From Eledone cirrhosa (Eukaryota), in assembly GCA_964016885.1 (NCBI GenBank), contig OZ024755.1, positions 29,698,001 to 29,762,000 of the forward strand: DNA of 64,000 bases. Direction: 5' to 3'. This document shows, piece by piece, positions 40,000-53,879 of the stretch. A program made the translations under genes and the position numbers. Under the pieces are notes generated by a model. The model had not been told where the DNA came from. It saw only the letters and a program-made list of their open reading frames with translations, and made no database searches. How positions within the stretch are numbered: the first letter of the stretch is position 1; every line of letters starts with the position of its first letter.

Positions 40000-41948
40000 C
40001 AGAAGAGAATTACTGTTTGCGGAGACATATCCGGGTGTGGGTGGTTTGTCCGGGATTACTTGGAGGAATTTGTCCAAAGACTTCTTGAATTTTGTGTGGT
40101 CAGTTTCTGTTTTGACGTGTCCTGGTGTGATGTTGACGAGAGCAGGGCCGATTGAGGTGAAATAATTGTGCCGTATTGTTGTTATGAGTTGCGATTTAGA
40201 TTTTTGAATGGGACGGATAGCACGGGGCCCAAGCCTTGGGTGTATCTTGAAGGCGATGCCAACATCATTTGGGCAGTGATGATGGAAGATTTTCCACATC
40301 ATGCAGATAATATAACGCTCACGGCGACGTTGGAGTGAGTAAAGTTTCAGGTTTTCTAATCGACCCCAGTAGTCAAGGTATGACATGCCATCTATCTTTT
40401 TCGTGATTGCCCTTTGAGGAGCTTCAAGTTTCATGATACTTTGTTTCGTGTGGGGAGACCACAGTGGACAACAGTATTCAAGGTGTGGTCGGGCGAAAGT
40501 AGAGAAGAGAAGGATAATGGTGCGGGAATCTCTCGACTGGAAGGTTCTGAGGATCCAGGAACACATTCTGCGGGCCATGTCAACTTTGCTGCTTATATGC
40601 GTGGTCCAGCTTATGTTGCTGTCCACGGTTACTCCCAAGTCTCTGATGTTGTTAGATGCCACGAGAGTTTCCCCGGAGGGAAGGGAGTACGGGAGTTTCA
40701 GAGCATCCTCTTTTCCAAAGTGGATCAGTTCGAATTTGTCTTCGTTCAGTAACATGTTGTTCTTTTCTGCCCATTGGGTAACAGCCAGTAGGTCTGACTG
40801 AAGGCTTATCCGGTCATCCACGCCATTGATGACCTTTTGGAGCTTGGAATCATCAGCGAAAATTTTAATGTTGCTGTGTTTGATGATGTCAGTGATGTCA
40901 TTAATATAGATGATGAAGAGAAGTGGGCCCAACACAGTGCCTTGTGGGACCTCACTACTGACTTTGGCTGGGCTTGATTTGACTCCCTCAACTACAACAT
41001 GTTGGGTTCTGTTTGACAGGAAGCTCTTGATCCACTGCAGCAGCTTTCCAGTGACACCAATATTGGACAGCTTTCTCAGTAGAATGTTATGATCAACCCT
41101 GTCAAAGGCCTTGCTGAAATCAAGGTAGATAACATCAGTGTTGGAACCCTCTCCCAAGGCTCTCAAAATGTCATCAAAGTGATGCAGTAGCTGAGTCAGG
41201 CAATCCCTTCCATTACGGAATCCATGCTGGTTGGAGTTCAGCATATTGTTACTCTCAAGGAAGTGGGTCATTCGCGATCTCACCACTCGCTCAAATACCT
41301 TAATGATATGAGAGGTGAGTGAGATTGGACGGTAATTCACGGCAAGGGATTTGTTTCCCTTTTTGAAAACTGGGACAACAGACTGGGATAGAAGGTTTTC
41401 TGGCACATATCCAGCATCCAGTGAGTTCCGCCACAGATTGGCAAGAGGAGATGCAAGTTGGTGTTGACACGCCTTCAAGACACAAGCAGGGAACCTATCG
41501 GGACCTACTGCTGAATTATGCTTGATTTCCTTTATTGCCGCCAAGACATCAGGGGCGCCAAACGTTATGTCCGATAAGGTGTAATGGGGAGTAACATCGC
41601 CGATACAGCCCAGATCGGCCATATCAGGATTGCTGAAAACAGAGCAGTATTGTTTCTGCAGTATCTCACCCATGGTTTTAGCATTGTCTTGAAGAGTGCC
41701 ATTTTCATCAATTAGAGGGCCAACAGTAGAGCCAGTGATTTTGTGTTTTTTTGCAAATGAAAAGAACAATTTGGGATTGAGTTTGATTTTCTCAATGGCC
41801 CAGGCCTCTTCAGCTCTTCTCTGATTGTTGATGAGGGACATTATGTTGTTTTGGAGGTTATGTTTTTTAATCTCTAGTGATGAAATGGCAGTCAAGTTGA
41901 TGTGTTGCTGCTGACAATATTTCAGCTTGTTGATTTTTTTGTTCGTTC
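40000..41948 (-). CDS. Second CR1-like LINE reverse transcriptase, ~650 codons open, truncated at both ends by (TA)n
   Basis: [45 protein letters not shown] (G>E), [16 protein letters not shown]. The ends of ORF 39931..42411 are microsatellite read-through. Confidence 0.88.
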
Positions 41949-42091
41949 TATATATATACATATACACATATATATATACATATACACATATACATATATA
42001 TGTATATATATACATATATATATATATATACATATATATATACACATATATATATACATATATACATATATATATACACATATATATATAC

Positions 42092-42180
<89 letters not shown>

Positions 42181-42363
42181 CATATATATATTTATATACA
42201 TATATATATATATATACATATATATATTTATATACATATATATATATACATATATATATATACATATACATATATACATATACATATACATATATATATA
42301 CATATACATATACATATATATATATATATATATACATATATAAATATTATATATATATATATA
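41949..42363. repeat. (TA)n/(TACA) microsatellite
   Basis: Direct reading. Confidence 0.95.
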
Positions 42364-42949
42364 GAGAGAGAGAGGGGGGGGAGATCTATGCATGCAAGTA
42401 AGAGCGAGCAACAGATAGTGTAAATGAAGAGAATTTTAATGAATAGAGAAATAGATAGTGAAATGTGCATTGCTTCGAATATGTGGGCATTTACGCGTAT
42501 TTATATGTACGTGTAAATTGTAGAGATTTCATGATTATGTATTTAATGAGTTGCCCATTTCTCCTGAGGTAATCAGCAAACAAATTAATAAGATATCAAT
42601 CACGTAGAGCAATTACTGTCGTGAACGTAATTACTGTAATATATTTAACCAAAACGTTAAAAACACAAACAGAAATTTAATGTCATTAGTATAGATCTTA
42701 AGCCCAGATGCCAAAGACTAATTATGAAAAAAAAATGAAAATATCGTTTGGAATATTTAACATATATCGTGAATTAATTAGATTGCAAGACGGTATGCAA
42801 TTTCACCTTTATTGAAGTCGTATTTCAACTTTATGGATTTCCAATTATATATGTCATTTTTTTCTTTAATTGTTCCTTACCCTCTCCCTGTGTTTTCTTC
42901 CCTAAGTTTAGCTCTTTTACAGATAAACACACACACAGACATACATATA

Positions 42950-43303
42950 TAAAATATATACAATACATAAATGTAATATATATAATATATCTATAATATA
43001 TATAATATATAATATATATAATATATCTATAATATATATAATATAATATATAATAGATATAATATAATATATAATAGATATAATATATATATATATTTTA
43101 TATAATATATATGTATAATATATATAATATAATATATAATAGATATTGTATATATATATATTATATATAATATATATATATAATATATATATATTATATA
43201 TTATATATATTATATATACATAATATATATATATAATATATATACATAATATATATATATTATATATTATATATACATAATATATATATATAATATATAC
43301 ATA

Positions 43304-43376
<73 letters not shown>
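42950..43376. repeat. AT-rich compound microsatellite
   Basis: Direct reading. Confidence 0.9.
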
Positions 43377-43379
<3 letters not shown>

Positions 43380-43714
43380 CGTATGTACGTGCGTGTTAGT
43401 TTCTTTGCGAAAAATATTCACACTGTATATAAACACACCTATTTCATTATTGTCATATTACATATTAAAGCATTGCTAATTAACTCAAACATATCTCCTG
43501 TCAACATGGATCGACATCTAAAGCTACAATGTATACCAATATGATATATAAAAGAGGCACTCCTAACATCAAACATTAGTTCGTCAATAACTATCTTCTT
43601 GCGTAATTTTCTTTGGGGTTAATCCTGAGATTATTTTATTTTATTTTTAGATGTTTTGCTAAGTTATATCAACTTCAATTTTCTAACTATTATACATTAG
43701 TAAAAGCGCTGGTA

Positions 43715-43930
43715 TCATCATCATCATCATTTAACATCCATCTCCCACGTTATCATGGATTAGACGGTTTTGTTCCACCTGCTGCAGGTTTTCTACTTCT
43801 GGATGCCCTTCCTAACACCAACCACATTTACAGTGTGCACTGGGAGCCTTTTTACCGTGTCTGCTACACGGCCACTTTACAGCGTGGACTGAGTGCTTTT
43901 TGTTGTGTCACCGACACGACCACTTTCAGT
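43715..43930 (-). mobile_element. Decayed SINE/RTE-tail repeat ending in (TGA)n
   Basis: (tca)n-tttaacatccatctccc...ctggatgcccttcctaacaccaacc, an RTE-type 3' tail. Confidence 0.55.
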
Positions 43931-44153
43931 GGACGGAAATGGGTGGATGGAGTAGGGCGCATACTGGTGTTAAAAAGTGTATACTGACTGTATGTTTAAG
44001 ATTGTATGCAAAACATACTATGATAAAAAGTAATGTATGATATCATAAAGTATATAGTGATAAAAGGAGATTTATCTCTACTTCCACATTTAGCCAAAGG
44101 AAATTTGTGCCACAGTCTAATTAATCCAAAATCCCAGTTTTCAGTAATATAAT

Positions 44154-44338
44154 AATTGTTTCTACTTTAGGCACAAGGCCAGCAATTACCCAGTACATTA
44201 CTGGTACTTTATTTTATCGACCCCGTAAAGGATGAAAGGCAAAGTTAACCTCGGCGGGATTTGAACACAGACTGTAAAGGTACGTAACTCTGCTAGAAAG
44301 CATGGCGTCCAGCCCTCTACCGATACTGCCAATTCACC
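44154..44338 (-). mobile_element. S1 SINE with 17-bp TSD
   Basis: ttcagtaatataataat on both sides. Confidence 0.93.
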
Positions 44339-44746
44339 ATTCAGTAATATAATAATGATAGTAGATTTTTTAATGACAGCAGTGATTCCAAAATTCAATT
44401 TAACCCCAAATCGTATGAGACTGAGATATTCTGCGATTCAGTCCTCTTGGCGGCTGCTGCTGCTTCTTCCGATGTAGATGGCCTGGCAGGGAGAACACCG
44501 AAAGGCCTAGGTGGCGTTGATGGTAGTCCATGAGAAAGAAAAACAGATACGGAAGAAATGGTATGTCTCAAGACCAGCAAATTTGAATGTCGATGAGCTC
44601 CACATCAGTACGAGTTTTATCTTTATTTTATCGATCCAGGAAGAGGTTAACCTTACACCCAAATAAGAGAGGAGCCTCTAGAAAATATGTCCAAACCACT
44701 AGAAAATCTCTCCAAACCACTGCCAAAAGATATTTAACTCTCTCAA

Positions 44747-45156
44747 CCCTTTCATGACCGCATTTCTAATGAAATACACTCTATTTTAATCAATTAATGA
44801 AGAATTTTGAGGGATTTACTAAAAGGATTGGCAGTATCGGTAGAGGGTCGGACGCCATGCTTTGACGCATAGAGTTACGGTCCTTGCCATTCTGAGTTCA
44901 AATCCTGCCGAGGTTAACTTTGCCTTTCATCCTTACGGGGTCGATAAAATAAAGTACCAGTAATGAACTGGGTAATTGCTGGCCTTGTGCCAAAAGTAGA
45001 AACAAGTATTAATTATTTCATTAATAAGATAGTAACTCGTAAGGTTCTTATATAAAATTATGATGGAAGATTTTTATTTAAATTTGAAATCTTTAAAATG
45101 GATCGTTTTATTTCATAAAACCAAAGCTGGTTTTGGCCATGTTGGTAACTAAAGGG
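44747..45156. mobile_element. Decayed piggyBac-like MITE containing a SINE
   Basis: tcaa|ccctttcatgacc...ggtaactaaaggg|ttta imperfect TIR and TSD. Confidence 0.5.
44825..45005 (+). mobile_element. S1 SINE
   Basis: Family match. Confidence 0.92.
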
Positions 45157-45619
45157 TTTAAAGAAATAAGACATATTCTATAAAGCAATAACATCACAAA
45201 CGTCGATAACAAGGAAAAAATACCAAGTCATATTTTGAGTTACAGCTCATATACATTTGACGTAGGCTTGTTAGTGTTTAATTTTCTAAACGATCCAACA
45301 CATTTTCTATAAGAAGATGTATCAGTTTCCCATGATATTTTGCATGCGCTATAATATAGACGCCGTCAATTTTGTGGAGTTCCCTTCGCAACCCTTTGAT
45401 TCAGGTTTGACTCCCATACACTGGATGTCTATGACGTAGGGCTGGGGAAATATGGAGAAGTATTAACTAGCTGCCATTAAAAGATAAATAAATTTGAGAA
45501 TTTTCAAATATTCATGCTTTGCTTCAAATTAAAAGTGATCTCATGAATTTCTTGCAGCGAGAAATAAAATGAAATAGCCATGAGAAGGCGGAGGGTGTGC
45601 CTCTACGTAGTTGCTTGAC

Positions 45620-45925
45620 GGAAAAACTCATATGAGTCAACGGCCATCTAAAAAAAAGAAAAACAATTCCTGCCGAATCAATGTGTGGCAGTAGTTTCAG
45701 CTACACACATCAAAAGACTGGTGTAGTGGTTCTGAGAACAATGCGGCTTTGCTGATGATCAATGCAAATTGACAATGCAAAGGCGCTCCCGCTTAAGTTA
45801 GAAGAAAACTATTAACCTTCAGGAGAAGCAGCGTCCCCTGATTGTACTCAGTAACCGAAACAAATATGAAGTACACCAAATCCAATGCTCTCGTTCTTAT
45901 TTGCGAGTGTAAACTCGGCCAGATT
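45620..45925. repeat. Unclassified dispersed repeat; other copies at 52697-52962 (same orientation) and 53358-53560 (inverted)
   Basis: gactggtgtagtggttctgagaacaatgcggctttgc...gaagtacaccaaatccaatgctc shared. Confidence 0.8.
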
Positions 45926-46764
45926 ACATTAGATTGACGTGTTAGAAATAACAGCCAAATACCTCTCAAATCAAAATCTACCACGCCCAAATATGGAAAG
46001 AGGCATTGAATCATGAATTCTTTTTATGAAAAAAAATAGATATGAAACGGAACGATTCCTGTAAACAAAAGCAAAAATAGTTACAAAGAAAATCTAGATT
46101 ATCTCGCCTTTTCTTAAAGCAGGGTTGAGATATCTGGTGGACACATACAATAGCAACTGGTAAAATACGAATCTCACGTTCTTTTTTTTTCTCTCTTGAA
46201 ACTTAAGAAAATTAAAAGAATTCTACTTTATCAATAGATGTACATGATTCTGCCAGATACGTTATGTCGGATAAATCACATTTTATATGTTGTGGCAACA
46301 GGCTACACTCATGATGGCTTCAAACTTAATTACAAAAGAAATACAAACTAATATCTTTCCTCAAGAAAACAGTTATAATCGACAACCAAATTAAATAAAA
46401 TATTTAAAAGAATAATTCAGTAAACAATCACGTTGTTGTTTAAAATATAAATACGTACGGCAAACAGAAACGAAGTTTTTAATTATAATCTTTTGGGAAA
46501 TGACTGTCTCTCTATCTGAATGTGTACAGTTATACATTATCTTGGAGTAATTATGTGGCAGTGATAAATAGATTATCACAAAGCCAAAGAATTAATTACG
46601 AAGTAAATGTATCATATGTCCAAATCAGTTGTTACTGATTTTTTTTTTATTGTTTTTCATTTATTGCTCTAAATCTAAACGGAAAACAAAAGAACAGCAA
46701 TTAAACTTTAATTATAAAGTAACTACACACACACACACACTCACATAAATATATATATATATAT

Positions 46765-47310
46765 GTTCGCATGCCAACACAAGAGCAAGAATGAAGTGTT
46801 CATTCTACTAACATGGCTATAAAATTGAGGCTTGTTTGCAAACGAATCAAATGTTGTTATTAATATTCGAAAAAACTCAGATTACATTTATTGTATTCAG
46901 CCATGTAGAGTGAAATTTTCTTATTTGAATTTAGCAAAGCCGGCCATTTATCGCTCGTATACAGGAAACTGACTGTCTAGTCTGCTGATATGCAAATATG
47001 GCTGATCAGTGGATCTGCTAATATGCAGATCTGACTGATCAGCCAGTCTGCTAATATGCAAATCAGGCCGTTCAGTCACTGTATTTTTGAAAATAGCATA
47101 TATTTTCACTAGCTCTGACAGTTTGGCAGGTGAAAAGTGAACTGTACTGATGAAGGGTGATAACCAGAAACATTAGTGTCTGCAGTTCTGTTCGCATGCC
47201 AACACAAGAGCAAGAATGAAGGGTTCATTCTACTGACATGGCTATAAAATTGAGGCTCGTTTGCAAACGAATCGAATATTATTATTAATATTAAAAAAAA
47301 CACAGATTAC

Positions 47311-47314
<4 letters not shown>
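46765..47314 (+). repeat. ~130-bp direct repeats (46765-46890, 47189-47314) enclosing a 33-bp x3 tandem with octamer motifs
   Basis: tgttcgcatgccaacacaagagcaag...cagattacattta occurs twice; tctgct(a/g)atatgca(a/g)at units at 46981, 47014 and 47047. Confidence 0.85.
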
Positions 47315-47349
<35 letters not shown>

Positions 47350-47806
47350 AGGAAAACAATAATGAAGATTTGAAGATGCACCTAATTATTTTTACATACA
47401 TCCCCGTTTAAAATATATAATGAAGAGAAATTATTTCATACAAAATATATCATATATGTATTTTTTTAAATAAAGGTAGATTTTTTCAGAAATAGTCATG
47501 GTTATCTAATTATTTTTGGGCTAACTGGTTTCGCTCTGGTTAGCATTAAAAAGTTTCATTTTGATTTATGATGGTGCTGGATATATATTTTGCTCACGTG
47601 TTGCCATGTGACATTTTGAATGATATCCTCTATTTTTATTGACAAATGGAAGAAAGAACAATACATGCATGATGTAGAACTAATATTTATTTATTCAAAG
47701 ATTTGCGGCTTATTCGTTTAATCAGTCAATATAGAGATTGCTTCAGGGAATGAGTGTAGTATGTAATATCGTGGCGAATTGGGTTTATAACCTAACGAAA
47801 CCTATT

Positions 47807-47960
47807 GTATTTCCCGGCGTCGAAGACGCTACTTTTTTTTCCTCAAATAACCCTCAAAAATCTACCCGGCATCCTGGAGGCCGAAGGTTGTTTTCTTTTC
47901 CAGATTTTTGCTTCTCAAAATTAGGATGCGTCGGCGAGGACGAAGCGTCTTCGGCGTATC
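47807..47960 (-). mobile_element. pogo/Tigger-type MITE
   Basis: gtatttcccggcgtcgaagacgc...gcgtcttcggcg; reverse homologue of 4988. Confidence 0.72.
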
Positions 47961-49269
47961 TGTACATGTCACTATGTTACAACTAATTAAATGTGTGTGT
48001 GTGTGTGCGTGTGCGTGTGCGTGTGTGTGCGCGCGCGTTTGTATGCGTGGGTGGGTGTATATGATTTCTTTATTTTTATAATTCTTTCAACATTTGCAAT
48101 AAAGAGTGAAATTAATTCTATCAAAAATAGAATTCACCATCACTGGAATTTAGATAACAGGTATCGAAATAATTTTCATATCGAAGTTTTTCAAATGATT
48201 TGCAGCTTTACTTTACTGCTTATAGATTCTCTTTTGAACGGGTTGGATAGTTGGCCATTTATGTAGGGTGACACCTTCAACTTTAGACATTCAGAAGAAA
48301 AAAAAGCAGCGTCTTATTAAAAATAAATTTATAATCTTTAGACTGAAAACTGGAATCATTAGAATTCTTAATTTTCTGAGATTGTGAACTGAGCCTTTAA
48401 TAAGAGAAGTTAGGTGAGTAAAACAGATAATGGGGAAATGTGTAAATATATATAAACCGATAAAGATGAGGATTATAGATGATAACATTGGAAATGTTCG
48501 GATATGAGCAAAGAAATGATAAGGAGGAATATTGCTGACGATAACGAAGATAACGTTTATGAAGAGATTTTTTACGGTGACAACGTAGACGATGACACAA
48601 GAGCAACGATGGAGCCAGCACTGGTTGTGATGTCGCTACTGATGATGAGGTTGAGTTGATGATGAGGGTGATGGTGATGGTGATTGGGATGAAGACGGCG
48701 ATGATAATGATGGAGCAAAAGAAGAACAAAGATAGGATGAGGAGGAAAATATGGCAGCAATGATTGTGGCGACCATTGTTATAATATTGGCGGCGTTGGT
48801 GAAGTTAATAGAGATGACAAGATACAAATAGTTAAATGATACAAACTATGGCGTCCGTAGGGATAACGTTTTGTGTTTCTTTTCACAAACAAGCTCCTAA
48901 CATGAATGTCCACATAATAGAACAACCAAGTTTAAAAATCAAAGACAGCAACAACAACAACAACAACAACAACAGCAGCAACCACAACTTAGTACGAAAA
49001 AAATATGACAGAATTACAGAATTTTACAACGTCAACACCACCTCATAAGCTACAAATTAATAAAATGAACACGACATAAAACAACAAAACTTTAGCCCAA
49101 GCACTAACACCACCACAACGACAATGACAACAACTATAACAGAAACAAACAAAAACAAAAACAACAACTAACAACAAAAAGACCAACAACATCAACAGGA
49201 ATAGCAACAGCAACAATAAAAATACTTTTAGAGCAACAGCTGCAAAAGGAACAGAATGTTTCAGAGAAA

Positions 49270-50410
49270 GACCTATATTAGGCCCAAACAGCTAAAATAA
49301 ATAAAATTCAAAAAGTATGGATCCGATGTAGCCATCCTCCCAGAGGAGTTGACAGCAACAGAAGAAAAAAATGTTATGTATAAATCCATTTCCACAAAGA
49401 AGAAACGGCCTGGGTCAGCCACACATACGGAAGTAGACGGGCACTTAAAGACATAATACCCTGCATAGAACACAACGCCTGCGCCTGTCATTGTGCGGGC
49501 ACATCAGTGCTCTTTAAGAGTGGAGATCTGACCGTAAAACCCTCGATGGTTCCATGTAAAACTGCCAGCTATGTTATTTTCCCTTCATATTTAGGAAGAT
49601 TATCAGTAAGGGTCAGGATTTCTTGAAAGCCCCCAGAGATAAATATCTGGTGCATTATATCCAGCGTAACCTTGTTAGCGTGTGATACCCTCTTGGAAAT
49701 AAAGAGAACATGTAGAGAACACGGGTCTGAGATCAATTTTTAGATGCTCCTCGCAGATTGTCTCTTTAAGATGCAGCCTTGGGTGAATGAAGACTAAAAT
49801 TAAGCACCTTGCATCTGGAATGTTGCCAGGCGCTTACAGCCGTCTACCTGTCGGGCAATGCGGTCAATGAAAATTCCACTCAAGATTTCTGTAGATGACT
49901 AGTGTTTAGTAGGTGCAGAGATGTTCTCGGGCAGACTCTGGGCGTCGACGATATCAAACAGAGAAGTCTGTTGTGGGGGAATGTTCGAACCATGGACTAT
50001 GGAAAACGTCCAGAAATTCTTGGCTTGGCAGTGCAACAGGGAAGTACTGCTGGTTCGAGATAATCTCTACGTGCACGGAAGTGCTGTCAGACGCGTCTGT
50101 GCGAGATAGATGCAGTTCTGTACGCGCTCGTCCAGTGTTCGTGCATTACTGACTTGTGGAGTTTTGTCGAACAGCTATTATTGCGTGTAGGTCTGACCCG
50201 GTTATCAACCGGGTGTTCTTGGGGAGTAGGGTGGTTTATGAGTGGTGGGGTTCCCTGGATTTTTGCACCCACTATTATGGAATGTTTATTGTTATAATTG
50301 AATTATTTATTGTTTTTACACGTTTTTTATGTAAACCACCACTATCCCTGTTTTTGTTTTTTTGTTTTTTTCGTCCATATTTCAGCACTTGTGGCCAATA
50401 AAAATTTTTA
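49270..50410 (+). mobile_element. Decayed L1/Tx1-like LINE 3' portion
   Basis: zf-RVT-like QKFLAWQC.R.VL.VRD.L..HG....VCAR; 3' end cacttgtggccaataaa followed by (TTA)n. Confidence 0.65.
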
Positions 50411-50423
50411 TTATTATTATTAT

Positions 50424-50626
50424 AGTAGTATCGGCAAAATGTCGGACACCATGCCCTGCGGCTTAGAGTTACGGCATTTTACGTTCCGAGCTTAAATCTC
50501 ACCAAGGTTAGCTTTGCCTTTCATCCATACGATAAAATAAAGTAGCAGTAACGCACATGGGTCGATTTAATCGACTTTCTTACCCGCCAAAATATTGCTG
50601 GCCTTGTGCCTAAATCAGAAACCATT
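50424..50626 (+). mobile_element. S1 SINE, long variant
   Basis: Family match with gtcgatttaatcgac hairpin. Confidence 0.85.
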
Positions 50627-51801
50627 ATTATTATGTAAATGATTTGGCAAAAGCATAAAGTAGCTTTTGTTTTAAAGACGAAACTTCAACGATACCATAA
50701 AATAAACGTAGTATTCATTTTTGACGAATTAGTATCGACAGTGAATTTTCTTATTAGATAATTTCCTCCCATCTCTTGTGATACCATATTCTGATTTTGT
50801 GGACTTGGTGAACAAATACATTTTTGTAAAACAATCTTAATTGCATCTTAAAGCAATTTGCTTGTTACAATTTCTCTTAAGCAATATATTTACAGAGCGC
50901 CGTTGTTACCTTTGCGTTTTTTTCTACCACTAACTCTTCACCACACACTTCTCTCTGTCTGGTAATTTTCCGTTCCGCATCTTTTATTTCCATCTCTTTC
51001 GTTCAAGGACCTACTCTTCACACTGTTGTGCAATCAAAAGTCTTTCGAGTAGTATCGTTTCCCCGAGGCTCAGATATAAACAATCGTGATATTTGAAGTG
51101 GGAATATGTCTGGTTGAGGAATGAAATTGTATGAATTATATTTTAGTTTTGCTTCTAGAAAAAACACTACTCACCTTCCAGTTTGTATTTTCCCCCTTTA
51201 TGTTCTTCAATGGAATCTATTTTTAAAATTTTTTTTTTTTAAAGACAAGTAATAATGATATGTAAGTGTCACAGATGGGTGAGTGGTGAAGATTTCAGAA
51301 TATTCTCGGTTGCATATTCACAGTTATCCCAACTAGATTTAAGTAGGTACCACAGATTGCTTCAGATCAGGACTGGAGGCAACATCACCACTGTAAAATA
51401 AAAAGTGTTTCTTTTGCTTGCGGGAATCTTCAAATTCTTATATACGTTTTGTTCAGACAATTATTTGCATGGCTAAGTTATTTGGTCAGCTGAAATGCTG
51501 GAAATAACAGCTTAAACATTCAGAAATCACGTCATACCGTCTCAAAAAGGAAACATTTCACAATTTTGTCATAAGTTCATAAATAGAAGTGAACGTCAGA
51601 GCTTGGAAGAATTGGATCATTTGTCTATTTGATCAGGGTTGATCAAAGCGTTTCAATTTCAGTTAAGGCGTAAAAATATATTCTTGTACAGAACAGAGCT
51701 GCTTAACCCATTTTCCTCATTCATGTATACCTACTTTCCTAAGTGATTTATCCTGGACAATGACTTCCTCTTCTCGTTGTACACACACACACATATATAT
51801 A

Positions 51802-51842
<41 letters not shown>

Positions 51843-52172
51843 GCGGCGGGGGGGGGGGGGGATTATGTGCATGTATACATATATGTTTGACTATGTGTGT
51901 CTGGGTCTGTGCATGTGTGTGTGTACCATTGAGTGTGTCCCTGTGTTTTTGTGTCACTGTGAGGATGTGTATGTGTGTCAGCGTGTAATACAATCAACAG
52001 CTAGGATAAGATTGGTTATATGTTTCATTAATTATTTACATGAAATTTGCTCCATAACGCGGGATTTATAAATACAAAAATTGCTATCTAATGATCCGTC
52101 TCCGTTCGTTTAATTGGAGAACTAGAAAGAGAGAGATTGGGGCTTCAGGAGAAAGGAAGAATGACAAGATGG

Positions 52173-52210
<38 letters not shown>

Positions 52211-52372
52211 TGTTTCTTTATTAGCCACAGGGGGGCACAAAAGAAGGGGACAAATACAAAGGGGGAAGTTTACATACAATAAAAACGTATAAAATATTAT
52301 CACAAATGCAATTTAAAAAAATAGATAGATAGATAGATAGGACTAGTCAGTAATGATATACTTAGAAACATA

Positions 52373-52561
52373 GTTAAGATCATTAGGACCAAGTCTAACC
52401 TATTCCAGTGGGAGAATAGCGACTCCGTCATTAAGTGATTTAACTCCTTCGACTCCAAAAAAGCGAAGTTCCCGCAATTCGACATTGTAGATTTTTACCC
52501 GTCGATCTCAGAGACACTGTTAAACAAAGCGTTGGACTTTGCTACCACTTACACTACCATC
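52373..52561 (+). pseudogene. PLE reverse-transcriptase fragment (motif A)
   Basis: QWENSDSVIK*FNS...[25 protein letters not shown], a PLE-type FDI..FYPSI motif with one in-frame stop. Confidence 0.78.
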
Positions 52562-53230
52562 CATGTATTAGTTACTTTGTAACTTTACATAGCAATAATC
52601 AGGTCCCCACTTCTTTCCCATTGGGTGGCATTTTGAGAAGGTGTCATTTAACATGGCCTCAGGTCGATTCATAATATTTGAGTGAAATTGGTTGGTTGCC
52701 GAATCAATGGGTGGCAGTAGTTCCAGCTGCATCGAAAGACTGGTGTAGTGGTTCTGAGAACAATGCGGCTTTGCTGATGATCAATGCAAATTGACAATGG
52801 AATGGCGCTCCTGCTCGAGTTAGAAGAGAACTATTGACCTTCAGGAGAAGCAGCTTCCCCTGATTGTATTCAGCAACCGAAACAAATATGAAGTACACCA
52901 AATCCAATGCTCTTAGGGGCGGCCCTGGTTCTTCATATTTGCGAGGGTAAACTCGGCCAGATAAGATTAAATGAAAATGCATGTAACCTTGAAATTGCCA
53001 GGCGATATATGAAATGAGATCAATATTAAAACCCTCTAACAAGAAATATATAGTGACAGCATATTCCAGCTTTTCTTATTTGTAACAAATAATGAATATT
53101 TACCTAAGCAGATCGAAATTTCGTGATCGATTTTACATTTTCCAGTTGATGGGAAGATATTCGAAGAATCAATTACTCGGAAAATATTAAAATATGTTCC
53201 ATACGTTTTAATTTCTTTGTATTTCTAATA

Positions 53231-53357
53231 TAATTGTTTCTACTTTTTGGCACAAGGCCAGCAATTACCCAAGTGTATTATTGGTACTTTATTTTTATTT
53301 TATCGACCCCGAATGGATGAAAGGCAAAGTTAACATTGGCGGGATTTGAACTCAGAA
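53231..53357 (-). mobile_element. 5'-truncated S1 SINE
   Basis: Family match. Confidence 0.85.
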
Positions 53358-53731
53358 ATAGTTCTTTTCTAACTTGAGCAGGAGCGCCTTTCCATTGTCA
53401 AATCGCATGGTTCATCTGCAAAGCCGCATTGTTCTCAGAACCACTACACCAATCGTTTGATGCGTGCAGCTGGAACTACTGCCACCCATTGATTTGGCAG
53501 GACTTTTTTTTTTTTTTTTTTTTTTTTTTAGATGGCCGTTGACTCTTATGAGTTCTTCCGCCCTTTGTCAGGTTTTGTAATTTTTGTCCTGCAGGGTGTT
53601 CAAAATCATTTATATAGCTCTATACAAAATCATTTTAATCATTCTACTTTTGAAACAAGCGTATAGATTGCCAATCTAAACCTATGGGGAACGGGGAAAA
53701 ACCAGAAGGTTTTTGTTTGGTTTGGAACATA

Positions 53732-53867
53732 GTATTTCCCAGCGCCGAAGTCGCTTCGTTCTCCAGGACGCACCCTAATTTCGACAACGAAATATCTGAA
53801 AAAAAAAATAATCAACCTTCGACCTCCAAGACGCATGGTAGATTTTTGAAACTTATTTTAGGAAAAA
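53732..53867 (+). mobile_element. pogo/Tigger-type MITE with right end lost
   Basis: Homologue of 4988-5130. Confidence 0.7.
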
Positions 53868-53879
53868 CGATGAACAATT

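Noticed and set aside
44430-44535. GC-rich stretch that could be a host exon
   Set aside because: No clear splice-site pair or recognisable domain.
45748-45785. ctttg-ctgatga-tcaatgcaaattga-caatg-caaag hammerhead-like motif
   Set aside because: Lacks GAAA, and CTGATGA is not conserved in the 53358 copy.
48470-48830. His/Ser/Ile-rich ORFs (also 56830-57100)
   Set aside because: Decayed (GAT)n/(CAT)n trinucleotide repeats.
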